In this document: piece after piece, positions 26,026-39,108 of the stretch
Layout of the letters: every line of letters starts with the position of its first letter
Position numbering within the stretch: position 1 is the stretch's first letter
Assembly (NCBI RefSeq): GCF_009914755.1
Contig: NC_060937.1
DNA length: 64,000 nt
Direction: 5' to 3' (one strand)
Source of the DNA: the human T2T-CHM13v2.0 reference genome, Homo sapiens
The notes under the pieces: generated by a model
The model's input: only the letters and a program-made list of their open reading frames with translations
What the model was told of the DNA's origin: nothing
Databases searched by the model: none
Translations under genes and position numbers: made by a program

Positions 26026-26488
26026 TGTATTAGTTTCCTATTGATGCTGGAACAAATTTTTACAAATGGAATGGCTTAAATAATACAAATTTATTACCTT
26101 GCTGTTTATTTTAGAGCTCAGGAGTCTCACTGGGTTAAAATGTTGGCAGGGCCTCGCTCCTTCAGGAGAACTTAGGGGACGATCTGTTCTTTGCTTTTTC
26201 CACCTTCTAGAGGCTGCCTAGGTTCCTTAGTTCACAGCCCTCTGCCATCTGCAAAACCAGCAATTGCATTCCTCTGACCTCTTCCTCCACTGTCACATCT
26301 CCTTTTCTGATTCTGGTTTCATAAAGACTTTCGTTATTACATCAGACCCACCTAAACAATCTAGGATTATCTTCCCATCTCAGAATCTTTAATTTAATCA
26401 CATCTGAAAAAATCAATTTCCCATGTAAGGTAACAGATTTGGGGGATTAGGATATGAACATTAGGATGCCATTATTTTGCCCAGCACA
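26026..26488 (-). mobile_element. MLT1 (C/D-like) MaLR solo LTR
   Basis: TGTATTAGTTTCCTATTG...CTTCTAGAGGCTGCC...TTAATTTAATCACATCTG...CATGTAAGGTAACA...ATTTTGCCCAGCACA. Confidence 0.88.
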
Positions 26489-28185
26489 GAAGAGTTTCTA
26501 TACTTCAGTTATGCAAAAATGTGCCAGTTTACATTGCTAAGTGGACTTTGACAACATTTAGAGGTTATTTATTAAAAATCACAATAATCTTAAATGAATA
26601 GATACTGGCTGAGTATAGTTTTAAAGACACCTTTTTAAAGTGCTTTATTACTATTGATTTGAGAAAACCCTGAACTATTTTTCTAATATAGACTCCCTAG
26701 ACAGACACACTTACCTGCAAAGGGACACAATTTACATATGAATTCTATGTTAATACGTAATAAAATCTTATCCTGTTGTGGAACACGGTGTAGTCTAAAC
26801 AATTTTTAAAAACTAACAGGAATATAAAATGCACATGGTAATTTCTTCCCCTGAAACTCTTTTGAACATTATGGCTAGTCTATATAATTACAGACTGTAA
26901 TTATAAACTAATACTTTGGACCTCAAAACAACAATTACTGATTTCACAAAGCAACAAAGATTGTGTGTATGTGTGTGTATGTGTATTTGAAAAACAAGGC
27001 AATATGTTTTTTTTTTTTTTTGTATGATGTTAAGTCCTTTTAGCTTATTTATTTGGAGTCCTCTTAGCTCCAAATTGAAGTGGCTTACAAAAATACATGT
27101 AACATAATAAGATTAAAAAAACTACTAATAGGGAAAATAGAATAGAATATTAAGACGATGACAGAGGAAAATGTATATGGAAATCATATATAATAAGCCC
27201 ATACTAGATAATAACACATAATATATGTGTGCATTAAAAAATATATATAGTTGAGGCTGATAAGGTAAGAATAAATTTTACAAATGGTATATAGATTGAT
27301 ATGATTGTTGAAATGAGTGTTCTATTTAACTTCCTTAAAAAGGAATAATGTTATAGAACTTCCTGCTGCCTTAGTTTATTAATACCATGAAAAGGTAGTG
27401 TCCAGTTTGTTTTCAATTTAATTTTAAATAACAGGCACTAAGACAAAATAAACATTCTAGCTGTTAGAAGATGATTTACCAGGAGAGTTGTGGAAAAGTA
27501 CCATTTTAAATCTCCAATTATGTGTTTCTGTGTTTACCAAAGCTTGTACTTAACACAGATAAAGAGATATGCTCTACTGAGGAAGTGGCTTTCAAAAATA
27601 AATTTGATAATAAATTGAAGTGATCATTTCAAACCATGTTCCCTTTCTTTTTGCCACTCCCTTGAAGTTGTATCTTATCTCCTTCCCCCAGCTTTGATGA
27701 ATTTTTGTAATCTTTGAACTTCCATTACCTTCAAATATGATTCCCTTCCTCTCATGGACTTTCAGAAACTCATTTATTATTAAGTAGTTGAATGTATGAC
27801 ACTCATTGTACTTTAAAAAAAGTTATATGTGCTCTGTTTTATTTCTACATGATTTCAATGCATTAAATTCTTTTAGGTTATCCATATTTTTTCAACACTC
27901 ACAGAGCTTGACTCATTTATGTCTAGAAAACAGCAAAATATATGATCACTTCACAGGGTAAAACAAAATAAATCTTCCTCTAGTTCTTCCTTTGTTTACT
28001 GTGGTCAAGGTTACTCAAGGTAAACATGTTACTCTCCTCCTTGCCGCCTCTCCCATGACTTTAGAAATAGAATAGAAAGGGTGAAATCGGCCTAATAGTC
28101 AAGCCTCTACACTGGCTAAGCTCAGACTATTTCCATTTGGGAAAACACGGTTGAGACGTTCTTTACAAAGGTTGATCCTCTTTGT

Positions 28186-28271
28186 AGAAGTATATATAGA
28201 CATATTCAGAATATATATATATATATTCAGAGTATTCAGAAGTATATATAGACATATAGACATATTCAGAA
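28186..28271. repeat. Small degenerate minisatellite (TATAGACA / TATTCAGA units)
   Basis: TATTCAGA occurs four times with TA-rich spacers. Confidence 0.75.
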
Positions 28272-28439
28272 TGTTCCTGCACACTCTAGACAGGCTGGGT
28301 TCTCTGATTCCACAGAAGTCCAGGCCCTCACTCCTACACCAGTGCAAAAGTTCACTGGTTATCCTCTTGACTAAATTTTACTTCTAAGCCCCACTCTCTA
28401 TCATCTCAATAACAAGTTAAAGCGCTAACATAACTAAAA

Positions 28440-28680
28440 TAACTAGTATATATTGAGAGCTTAGTACATACCAAGTTTTACGCTTTTTATGAACTATCTT
28501 ATGTAATTTTTGTGACAATACAATGAAGTGTCATTATCAACCTTTTATACATGAGAAAATAAAGCCTAGAAGGCTGAGTAATTACATATTTACATGGTCA
28601 GTAAATGGCAGAGCCAAGATTCAAACCCAAACGTAGGACTGGTTCATTTCAGAGAGTTGGTTCTTAGGTAACTATACTTA
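28440..28680 (-). mobile_element. MIR SINE
   Basis: TATTGAGAGCTTA...TTTTATACATGAGAAAATAAAG...AGTAAATGGCAGAGCCAAGATTCAAACCCA. Confidence 0.75.
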
Positions 28681-28764
28681 AACATTATTTTTACCCTACA
28701 GCCTAACGATTTCTAATTATATTTTAATTATAGAAAGTTTAGATACTTCATCCTATTAAAAAAT

Positions 28765-29030
28765 AATAATTACAGCTAGCATGGATTAGACCCTTACTAC
28801 AGAGCCAGGTGATTTTCTTAGTTCTTTATGTTATTTTCCAGTTAAAATCACACAACTTTTAAATTTTTAATAAACTTAAAAAAAATCTAACTTTCAGGGT
28901 AGGTCCTTTAAATTTAAAAAAAAAATTTATAATTAAGGAAACTGAACTTCAAAGATGTAAAACCACTGTGCAAAAGCACTCAGCTAAATTATGGATCTGT
29001 AATTCAAACTCAGGCCTGCCTAATATCAGC
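28765..29030 (-). mobile_element. MIR SINE
   Basis: AAGGAAACTGAACTTCAAAGATGTAA...CACTCAGCTA...AATTCAAACTCAGGCCTGCCT. Confidence 0.6.
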
Positions 29031-30454
29031 AGGTTAATATTTTCATAATTCTGCACATTTCAGGACTCCTAAGCAAAGAAAACTAGTACCTGAGTTAAAG
29101 GACAAGCCTGGGAAAAGGAAATAAAAGATGACTGAATAAATAATGAGCAATCTATGGAGAGAATTGAAGATTTATTTCTAAATATGTTCACTTTTCAAAG
29201 CAAGATAAAGCCTGGAGTCATGAAGCCATCTGTTCACATTCTGAAGGACTGTAAAACATTAGGGAGGAAAAGTTTCTTTTCTCTTTAGGAGGGAAGAGGG
29301 AATAGCATGTAGCCTGTATGAGCTTCCATAATTATATTTCAGGTATCCTCACATGTGGTGTAAGAAATCCCCTTTGTGCACAGGCAGAGTCTATCTGGTT
29401 CTCTCCCAACACTCTGAATGGCATTGGAAACCAAATGAGCATCGGAAACCAAGGCCGTTATTGCTGTAAGTACTAATAGTCAGTCCCTTACCCTGACACC
29501 TCGGGTTTGCTTTCAGGATAATATAAATAACATAGATATTAAAAGCTTATTTCCCAACTTCACATAACATTCCAACACTGTGATGTTTTCTTTCAAAACT
29601 CTCCATAATTCTACTCTATCCTATGAACATTCTACTATTTTCTACTGTTTCTGAAATGAACTCTAGGTTCTCCTCCTTACTATCACACAGAATGGGTTTG
29701 CTATACCTGAAACATTTTTATTCCTCTCTCCTGGTTTTCTTTTATCCTTTCTACTTAACTTATGCATATATTCAAAGTCTAATTTAAATCCCACATTCTG
29801 TAAAAATCATTTTTTCATCATTTTGCTTTTGAAGCCCATCATTAGACTTCATGCAATTGTCTCCACTATTATTTATTATTGTGCTAGGTTTGATTTTCCT
29901 CCAGATGTGCTATTACTGAGTTATTAGCTCCTAAAAGTAGAGTACAATAGTAGTTCTGAAAGCCAGGAAACAAACTCATAAATGGATCAATGGTGCTTAC
30001 CTAGAGGGCATCCAGAGAGATGTGTGTGTGTGTGTATGAGTGTGTGTGTTTGCATGTGTGTTCACATGTGTGTTCACATGTGTGCTCGAGGAGCCAATAC
30101 TTTGAATGTTAGAGAAAAAGCTGAATCAGAGTTTGTCAAGTATTGAATATAAGAACTAATAGAAGACAGAGGGATAGACAAATTTGGAAAGATGAGAATG
30201 CATTACATAATGGAGAAAAAACAGGCTTTTTGGCAAGGAAAATCACTGACAAAAATGGTTTGCAATTATTAGCACCTTAGTACACTCTGAAAAAGTCTTA
30301 TTAAGGCAGCAGTCATTCCTTTCACTAGATAAAATAGAAATTGAGTTTTGATAGATAGAAAAAATTTCCAGTGAAGATGTCACAGAGTGACACAAAGACA
30401 ATGCAGACTTGTAACCTGTGCTGTTGGAAAGCTATGTAAAGAAGACATTAAGTT

Positions 30455-30645
30455 TTTAAAAAAATTTTATTTTTCCAGAAGTTATTGGGGTACAGGTTGT
30501 ATTTGGTTACATGAGCAAGTTCTTTGGTGGAGATTTGTGAGATCCTGGTGCACCCATCACCAAAGCAGTATACACTGCACCATATTTGTTGTCTTTTATT
30601 CCTCACTCTGCTCCCACTCTTCAACCCAAGTCCCCAAAGTCTATT
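30455..30645 (-). mobile_element. L1PB1 3'-end fragment
   Basis: Reverse complement resembles 19205-19375 (GTTATTGGGGTACAGG...GATTTGTGAGA...GGTGCACCCATCACC...CCAAGTCCCCAAAGTC). Confidence 0.9.
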
Positions 30646-30994
30646 ACAAGTTTGGACTATTGTCCAACCCTGTGCAGTCGGGTGGCAGTGAGAGATATCT
30701 TGAAGGATAGGCACCTTCTGGAAGATAGGTGGTGGGAATCTGTGTATAAAATGAAGTTTGGAGGGGCTCAAATTCAAACCTTTGCTCTCTCATTTTGTCT
30801 AGAACCAACTGAGCCTTGAAGGGGACAACTAAATGTGTCCATGGCACAGTCACCCGTTATTAATTATGAATTACTCAATTTTGTCCCTTCTTGTCCCATT
30901 TACTATAAAATGCAGAGGTTCAGAAAAGACTCAGATGATTAAAATAAGAGGTTAAATTTAAAAATATATAAAATGTAAATTATGTCTGTGTGTG

Positions 30995-31245
30995 CTATGT
31001 GGTATACATTATGTAGTGAGGAGTTGGAATCCAACATACCAGGGTTTGAACTCCAGCTCTGTATTCAAAGCTTATATGTGACCTTGAGCAGGGTAGATAA
31101 TCTTCCTGATGTTCAGTGTTACATATCTGTGAAATGCAAAAAAAAAAAAAATTCTTTACATTAGAATGTTGTAAGGGTTATATGAATTCATATGAAGACA
31201 GTCTTGGATCTAGCAAATACTAGGTACTCAATAAATATTATTTGT
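30995..31245 (+). mobile_element. MIR SINE
   Basis: GGGTTTGAACTCCAGCTCTG...TGTGACCTTGAGCA...ATCTGTGAAATG...TAGGTACTCAATAAATATT. Confidence 0.8.
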
Positions 31246-32327
31246 TATTACTATCACATTGTTATACATTATCATAACAACAATTCTTCATGTTTTTTGA
31301 AGGGCGTTCCTCAGTAGTTGTAGAAACCCAATAATGTTTTCTTTTAGCTGCCATACACATAACTCTTGGTAAGACTTTAGATTCTGTTGTGCATTTCTCA
31401 GGTTTCCTCAAGAGTCATCGGGTGTCATGCTTCAGGTCCTGGTCAGTCACCATGATACGCATTTAGTTAATTTAGGAATTTAGAAGCTAATGGCCTCATT
31501 GCAAACCCCTTGACATTTTAAAACAAGCCAAATAAAGCAAGCAGGAGAGTATTTTACATGAACTCTCTAAACAGAGAGGGTTATCAAGTTCATTTACATG
31601 TTTACCAAGGCTGCCAGCCATCCTGACTTGTTTGGTTGAAGACTGTTTTTATATGAACTGAACTCTGTTTCTGATGGTCTGTTGGCAGTAAAACAGCATG
31701 AAATCTCACTCATCATTATTACTTACTCAATGGACATGTTTTCCATCAGTAAAGTTTGGTAATAGTCAGAGTTTGAGATGCATCATTTCTAACCATGTAT
31801 ACGGTGCTAGAGGCAACAAAAATCATTAAAATTTGGCTCCTGGTATAATGACAAGGTGCATGAATGGGGTGGAAGTTGTAAAGGACTATAAAACTGTTAA
31901 ATTTTGTGTGTGGGAGGAAGAAATTATTTGTAAAACCCGTAAACTTCTTTAGGCCAAATATCTATTACCTGCTAAATGGCACTCTTGGTTTTCCTTACAA
32001 TTTCTTAAAAAAAAAAACAAACAACCTTGCTACTACAAATTTAAGGCCTAGGCCACATTTAAAAGAAGAAAAGGCATTTTTAGTTTTAGAAACTGTTACC
32101 TCAAAAGCAAGAATTGCACATGAGGTTTTGCAATATTTTCTAAAGCATTTACTTATATTTTATGAATATGATGAATTTAAAAATATGAATTCTCAAAGGA
32201 GAAATGTTTTTTAAATATTGATAACTTTAAATAAACACTTTTAGTATACCAGTAAATATAATTAAAGCATACCAGTAAACTATTAATAGTTTAGGGAAAT
32301 TGATGAATTGAAAGTAAACCACCATTT

Positions 32328-32392
32328 TATCTGTATCTATGTCTATATCTGTATCCATATCCATGTATCTGTATCAGTATCTATATATCCAT
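32328..32392. repeat. Degenerate (TATCTG/TATCCA)n hexamer repeat
   Basis: Read directly. Confidence 0.75.
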
Positions 32393-33204
32393 ATTTGAGA
32401 AGAGATAAGAAATGCAAATCAGCTTGTTATCAATAATATTGTGTAAATGAATATGATATAATCAGATAGGAAAATACAATAAAAGTTCTCTGTCACGATA
32501 GAACCAGCACTTCAGTCATTCACTGTCATATGTTGCTTTGAACAGCATTTATCCAAATTTTAATGTTAGTGAAAGGTAGGATTTGATGAGATATAAGATT
32601 ATAGAGTGCTTAGCTCTTAGATCAGACCCAATAGTTTCTTGATAAACTTTAATCCACCCATCCAATTCCATTAGTAAATCAGCAGTAGTGCAATTTGAAA
32701 TCACACAGCTACGGCTACTTATGTCAAGTGGGTAAGGATAACTCAGGCTCTGGTTCAGTAAACTGCCAGTAAACAGATTCCAGATCTTCAGAGGCGGAAG
32801 GCTCAGTCAATCAATCTTTATTAGGTTAAAAAGTCTGAGCAAGAATAACAGTACCAACAGAAAGAAATTTTAGGAAGGATTTTAAAATTTAATTTTAATT
32901 TAATATTCCTACTAAAATGGGGAATGACGAAAAATAAAAAGATAAAAGTCACTTTTTATAGATAGGTTGGGTTTTACTAAATTCCGATGTGGAAGAACCT
33001 TCTACCAATTGGTATCTGGCCTTTCTGAGTTACTCAGAGAGGACAACTGAAAGTCATATGAACCCATTTTGAAAATCTGTTTCCCTACATCTTTAAAAAT
33101 AGATTTTGTTACTTGCCTTATTTTACCTTTGACCTAATTAACTAACCTAAAATTATAATAGGACTAAAATTATAGTCTGGACTTTGTGTGCCCTGAAAAT
33201 TTCA

Positions 33205-34200
33205 TCTATTTGACCCAAATATATTGAGTAACTACTAAGTGATAAGAACTCTAGCTGCTAGGTGCTGAAAAGACAGACACATTTCTTATCCTTCTGGAAC
33301 TTACAGGCCAGATTTGGATAAATAAAACCAACTCTAATATAGCATTATTTGTATGATGATAAGAACGTCTAGGTTAGGAGCTCAGATGAGATTTGTGTCA
33401 GGAAAACCTTCAAAATTGAAATCCGAAGTATGAGTTGGAATTAGTCACATGAACAGTGGGGGAATGTTTCATCCAAGGATAATATGAAAGTATAGACTTA
33501 GAGAATGTGTGGTAATTCTAAAGAACTGGAGAAAGGTCTATGTTGTTGGGGTTGAATTTAGGGAAGAAGTTAGGTATCAGATGAAAGAGGCAAGCTGGGC
33601 TCTCTGATTGTAAACACATTGCTAAACCAGGTCAAAGAGTTTGAAATTTCTCAAAGGCTAGGGAGATGCTATTGAAGAACTGTAAACCATGAAAAGCATA
33701 GTTATAGAAAGGTTGTGTTGCAATGTAGCAAATAGATTGGAAGAAAACAGGGTACATAACTAGGAAACTGGGCGAAAACTTGGGCTTAAGTGAAAGATGA
33801 TGGTAGTCTGGATTAGGGAAGTGATAGCAGAGGTGAAGGTAAGTGGATATGTGTGTTTCACGGAGGGCAGAGGGGTGGTCATGGTTAATAATGTACACAG
33901 GGCAACAGGTGGGAGTAGAATCTGGCCCTACTTCCTGGTTTAGGGATTAGAGCAGGACAATAGACTAATGAAAGAACATAATGGATATTTAAACCAGTTT
34001 ATTTTGAGATGCCTGTGGCATAGATGAGTTGTATGCAGTTTAATATAGTAATCTGAAGCTCAGGAGAAAAAGTAGAGTCGTAAATGTAGATTTCTGCGTT
34101 TTCAGAGTGTACATGGTTATCAGAGCCATGCGAGCGTTGAGATAGTCTGAAGGGCAGACTATATGCAATGAGAAGAAGGGAAAGTTTAGGTCAGGGACAT
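33205..34200 (-). mobile_element. L2 LINE fragment
   Basis: AAATATATTGAG...CTAGGTGCTG...GGAACTTACAG; AAGAGTTTGAA...AGATGATGGTAGTCTGG...GAAGCTCAGGAGA. Confidence 0.7.
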
Positions 34201-34578
34201 CAATTCCTTTCTTAGTGACTCATCTTCCTCTTTTATCATACTCCTCTCCCATATGGGTAATAGGAAGAGTCACAAAAGGTGGAAAACACACAATGCTTTA
34301 AATTATTTGGAAGAAAAATTTACATAATACAGAGAAGGAAGTTAAAGGATAGAGACCTGGATTATACACATAACAATGTAATGGTTTGGGAGACTTTCTA
34401 ATGAGGTCTCTGTTCAAATTGAGAGTCCTATCCCATCAAAATAGTGGTATAAGCATGAAGGAGCAATTAATTCTATACCTCTGCTAGACATACACTAAAA
34501 ATGTTTTGGAACTGCTAATTGTTCCCTAATCATCCATAAAAGTAGTCTAATAAGTCATCTGTAAAATTTCTTAAGGTG

Positions 34579-34628
34579 TTCATTCATTCATTCATCCATT
34601 CATTCATGCATCCATTCATTCATTCATT
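34579..34628. repeat. (CATT)n tetranucleotide microsatellite, imperfect
   Basis: Read directly. Confidence 0.9.
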
Positions 34629-36484
34629 TCTATTTTAAAGACAAATTTTGCATATTATATGATTTGAGCTAACACCACTACAAATATTTCCAAACAGCTG
34701 CATTGTCCTTCACTTCTAAAACAGCCTGTCTCCAATTCTGCAACAGTCAAGCTCCTGCAATAGCTCACCAGTTTATAGAAAACGTATCAAGTGCCCTGTG
34801 GTTTTTGAGAAGCCTCAAGGCCTTTTATTTTCAGGAAATAGATCTATAAACACTTAATAAATTAATGTTTGCAAGGACAACAGAGCATATGTCATACAAA
34901 TGATCATGAAGAACTGCCTGGCACAGTGAATGCATTCAGTTAGAGTGTAATTTATATATTTCGCTTTTAAGAAGTTACGATAGAAATAGCTCCTCTATAG
35001 ACATTACCAAATGTTACCAGAGAAAGATTTCTGCTACACTCACACTTTAGATAGTCAGTTCTGAGGGAATTCGTTTTATCAACAGGGAAGATTTACCCTG
35101 CCAATCAAGCTAGAGGAAGACAGTGAACAGCTTGGCCTATATTGAAGTGAAGATCCTTTGGAAGCTTCCGTTATTATCCCCTTTTGTAATCTTTTTGTTC
35201 TTTTTGTTTTTGTAATGTAACATTTCTTATCTCTAAATGGAGTAGTCCCTTCCTCTTTTTCTATTCTTCTTTTAGAAGAAAAGAGAAACTTTTTGTCAGT
35301 TCTGGGACATGAAAAGAAAAACCTGTCAGGGCAGTGGTAAATGGGTAGTGGGTATAATGGGAAATGATATTGTGTCTTCTTTCAGGGCTTAGAGACAACA
35401 AAAATTGCCTTGGACAAGTCACTTGATGTGTCATTCTCTGGCCTATGACTCAGCAGGGGTCCTTGACCTTTGCTAGGCCCCCTCCAAAATCCTACTCATG
35501 CTAGCTTCTCAGTCAGATTGTCCCTGGACAACTGGTAACTCCCAAACTCCCACCTCAGAGATTCCAATGAATTGAAAGCAAAATGGAAAATATCTTATTA
35601 ATCCAAGTGAGCATTCAGGAATAAGTGAGAGAAACTTCTTAGAAATGAATTCAGATCTATACACATTTCCTCAATTCATTCGGGTCTTTTTTATTTATAA
35701 AGAAATATTTTTGGGTTTTTTGTTTTGTTTTGGCATATGTTTTATTAAGTTGCTTTGAAATATTTGTTTTTGTTTGGATTTGCTGTGGAGTAAATTTAAG
35801 CATTACAGAAGAAACTAAACAAACTGTAAGGAATTGAATGAATACAGAAAGTTACCCACAGCTGATTTTATATTTGCACAGGTATGTGAATATTTTAGGT
35901 GGAAACTCAAGAGAAGATATTTCTTCATAGACTACAGAATTTTTTTTTTTTTGCAGGTATTAGAACATTTCCCTGAGCAGTATTCACTGTTTTTATTAGT
36001 TGTGGTGATAAAAGCTTTCGAAGAAAAATAAAGTGAAAGCATGAAAAATTATCCAATCAAATGGGTGTGCCAGAAGTAGTTTTATACTTATTTCAGCCAC
36101 ATGTGTGAGAAAAGTATCTAGTGTTCAGGTAACTAGTGAAATGAAGAAATAATTGAGAGTTATAATGGAACAATGTAGTTAAGAAAAGGGCAAACTGATG
36201 AAGACTTTTGAAGCCAAAGCAAAGGTAACAAACATGAGGAGAAAGCGGTGGGTCTGTGTTAGAAATTGAAGGTTGGTTAACATCATGACAGTATGTGCTT
36301 TCCTTAGATGGCTAGGTGTGTTTTCACGGAGATGAGCTCCAGCTAGGGAGGAAGGGTGCGTTTTTGAGAAAAGGATGTAGATAGTCTGGTTAAGAAAAGT
36401 CATGGTACCTGTTGTTTAAGTGGCATAAAGGAAACAAAATATTTTACTGGAGTGACAAGTCCTCCCTGGAAAATTTTAGGGGAT

Positions 36485-36786
36485 TTTTGTATTTTTTTGA
36501 GACAGGGTGTTGCTCTGTTGCCTGGGCTGGAGAGCGATAGCATGATCGCAGCTCACTGCAGCCTCGGCATCCCGAGCTCAAGCAATCCTCCTCCCACCTC
36601 ATTTTCCCAAGTAGCCAGGACTACAGGTATGCGCCACCACACCCAGCTTATTATTTTTATTTTTTTCATAGAGATGGGTTCTAAATATGTTGTCCAGGCT
36701 GGCCTCAAACTCCCAAACTTAAGTGATCCTTTTGCCTTGGCCTCCCAAAGGTCTAGGATAACAGGTATGAGACACCATACCTGGCA
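36485..36786 (-). mobile_element. AluJ SINE
   Basis: GAGACAGGGT...GATCGCAGCTCACTGCAGCCTC...GCTCAAGCAATCCTCC (J diagnostics), diverged. Confidence 0.9.
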
Positions 36787-37039
36787 AGAAAATATTTTTA
36801 ATGGCACATATTAAGTGGTTCTAGTGGAATGTTATAATTCCGAGAGCATCTACTCATTCACCTTAGTTTAAAAACATTAAGGAAGAGGTGTCTTTATTAA
36901 CATCTCTCTGTCACACTATACATATATATCCAAGCCCTGTTCATTTTTTTTTCTGTATAAGATCCCTCAAACTTTCATGATTCCAACTCCACGGTCATAC
37001 TCATTGCTTGAAATATTTAAATATTTTATCCTATATGAT

Positions 37040-37452
37040 AAAATTCAAACTTCTCGCTTGATGTAAAGTTCATGATCTTTTATCTCTTATTAGTCTTATT
37101 TCTCATCTCCCTCTAACTTGTACTATTCTTTCTTATAACCATACAAATCCACATGTGTTTTTTCTACCATATTCTCCTTCTGCCTGGAATGCTCTTCTAC
37201 TTCCTGGGGTATATTTTACTATTAATTAAATTATGTCCCTCTTTTTGTGAAGCTTTTTTTGTCCCTTTAATCTGAATTAGAGGTCTCTTCCATATCCTTT
37301 CATTATGGGACTTATCATAGTGCATTACAATTTTCTGTTGATTTTTTTTACTTCCCTTATTTTCATAGCAAGGTCTATGTCCTTTAGGTATTAAATTCTT
37401 GCACCCACCAAATAAGGTAGACCCTGGTAATCTGTGTATACAATGAATGAAA
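37040..37452 (+). mobile_element. L2 LINE 3' fragment
   Basis: CCTTCTGCCTGGAATGCTCTTC...ending in AATGAATGAA. Confidence 0.55.
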
Positions 37453-39032
37453 TTATGCAATAACGCTACATGGAAAACTAATATTTTAAAAAATGGAAGT
37501 TTCAATAGTGCTACTGTAAAATACTTTTATATCTCGATAAGCAAAGATCATAGTGTTTGTAGTACAATTCCTATGCTTTTGCAATCAAGAGGATACTCAA
37601 AAGTGCAAGTGCAATGCAAGAGGCTAGATTACAGCTAATCACATTTTCTTGGAACTGCTCTTGCCCAAGAACTAGTACAAGAGAAATGTTACCTCTCTCT
37701 TCCCTGAGTGATGCCAAGTGGTACACAAAACATGGAATGAAAATATAGTCATTTTTTACATACCATATAGCCTCTTGTGAGTATCCTGAAAGACCTAAGA
37801 TAAATTTGGTAAAAATCATACTAACAATGTATATTGATTATAAGGAGATATTTTATAAAAATGATTATTAAAAAATGCACTGCATTTTCACCGTGTGTAT
37901 ATAAACACATAAGTATAATGCGGCGAAATGCATTTTTCCAAATCAAATCTTACTGTAGGGATGGGGTATTCCCTTCATTTTCACTTACACATCCAAAGAT
38001 TCCCTTAAGGACTTCCTTTGAAACTTTAGTTCTGAAAAGCATTGTTTGAAAAGTGTCAACTTAAAAAAAGAACATGACTATATAGGACATGTCAAATGTC
38101 ATCAAACTCTTTTCTTATCCTTATATTCTAGAGATTTTTACAGAATAATAGATTTTGCTTTGCAAAATCTAGGCACCCACAGGTTATATAAAATCTGAGA
38201 CCCTGTAAAACGTTCAATTTTCTATAAGAGTATCAAAATTCCATTTTATATAGAGGGATGAAAAAAGTAATAATTCCTACCCAAAATGAGTGAAGCTATC
38301 ATTTACATTTTATTTGTGCAATATAGCTAGATTCTGAATTCTAATTTGATTTATGGTATTTTGAATTATAAATTTGAGAAATCATGGAACTTCTTTATAT
38401 ACATTATATAAGCATATTATTCGTTCATAGAAACATGGAATAGTTGGCCCTATCAGCTTCTTTGCCATAACTCATACAAAGTTCTCCTTGAGCATAATTT
38501 TGAATCCCCTTATCAACTATACCTCCTTTTTCTAAAAAACCTCAAATTCATCGATGTCTCTCTAAAAGCACAGTGCTCAGCAGTGATCTGAGTGGAGTAG
38601 AGAGGGATTTAAAACTTCCTTGTTTCAAATGTCATATTTGACTGTTAAGCCCAAGGTTGCTTTAAATTTGTCAGAAACAACTATTTGACTCAGTTAAAAC
38701 AAATACCTAAGTCTTTACAAAATCGACTTATCTTACCTCAGGGATGAGCAATACAATGGATTCCTCATAAAATCAGTTTAGTTTAAAAGGTAAAGAAATC
38801 CTTTTGAATCTGTTGTAAATATGTATTATAATTATATCCAAATATGCATACCCAGAATTTGAGATGATGTACAAGGAAACAATCAAGGGAAAGGATAGAC
38901 TCACAAGCTATTTTCAGGATTAAAAAATACATAAGGAACGTTTAGTGTTTATTGATAATAAGGGTGGAAGAAACTAAAATGTTGAGTGTTTTTCCTTTCA
39001 GTTGGAATCATATCAACTCAGTGTTGCAATAA

Positions 39033-39108
39033 TGTTGCTCATTTTGTTGTTCTGTGGTTGTTCTGTGGTTGTTGCTCATTTTGTTGTGCATTTTGTTGTT
39101 CTGTGGTC
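39033..39108. repeat. Shuffled short duplications (GTTGCTCATTTTGTTGT / GTTCTGTGGT)
   Basis: Two modules, each repeated 2-3 times. Confidence 0.75.

Noticed and set aside
30455-30645. Inverted copy of the big L1's 3' end as a local duplication
   Set aside because: It keeps bases (CAGTATACACTGC) deleted in the big copy and differs at many sites, so it is an independent L1PB1 insertion
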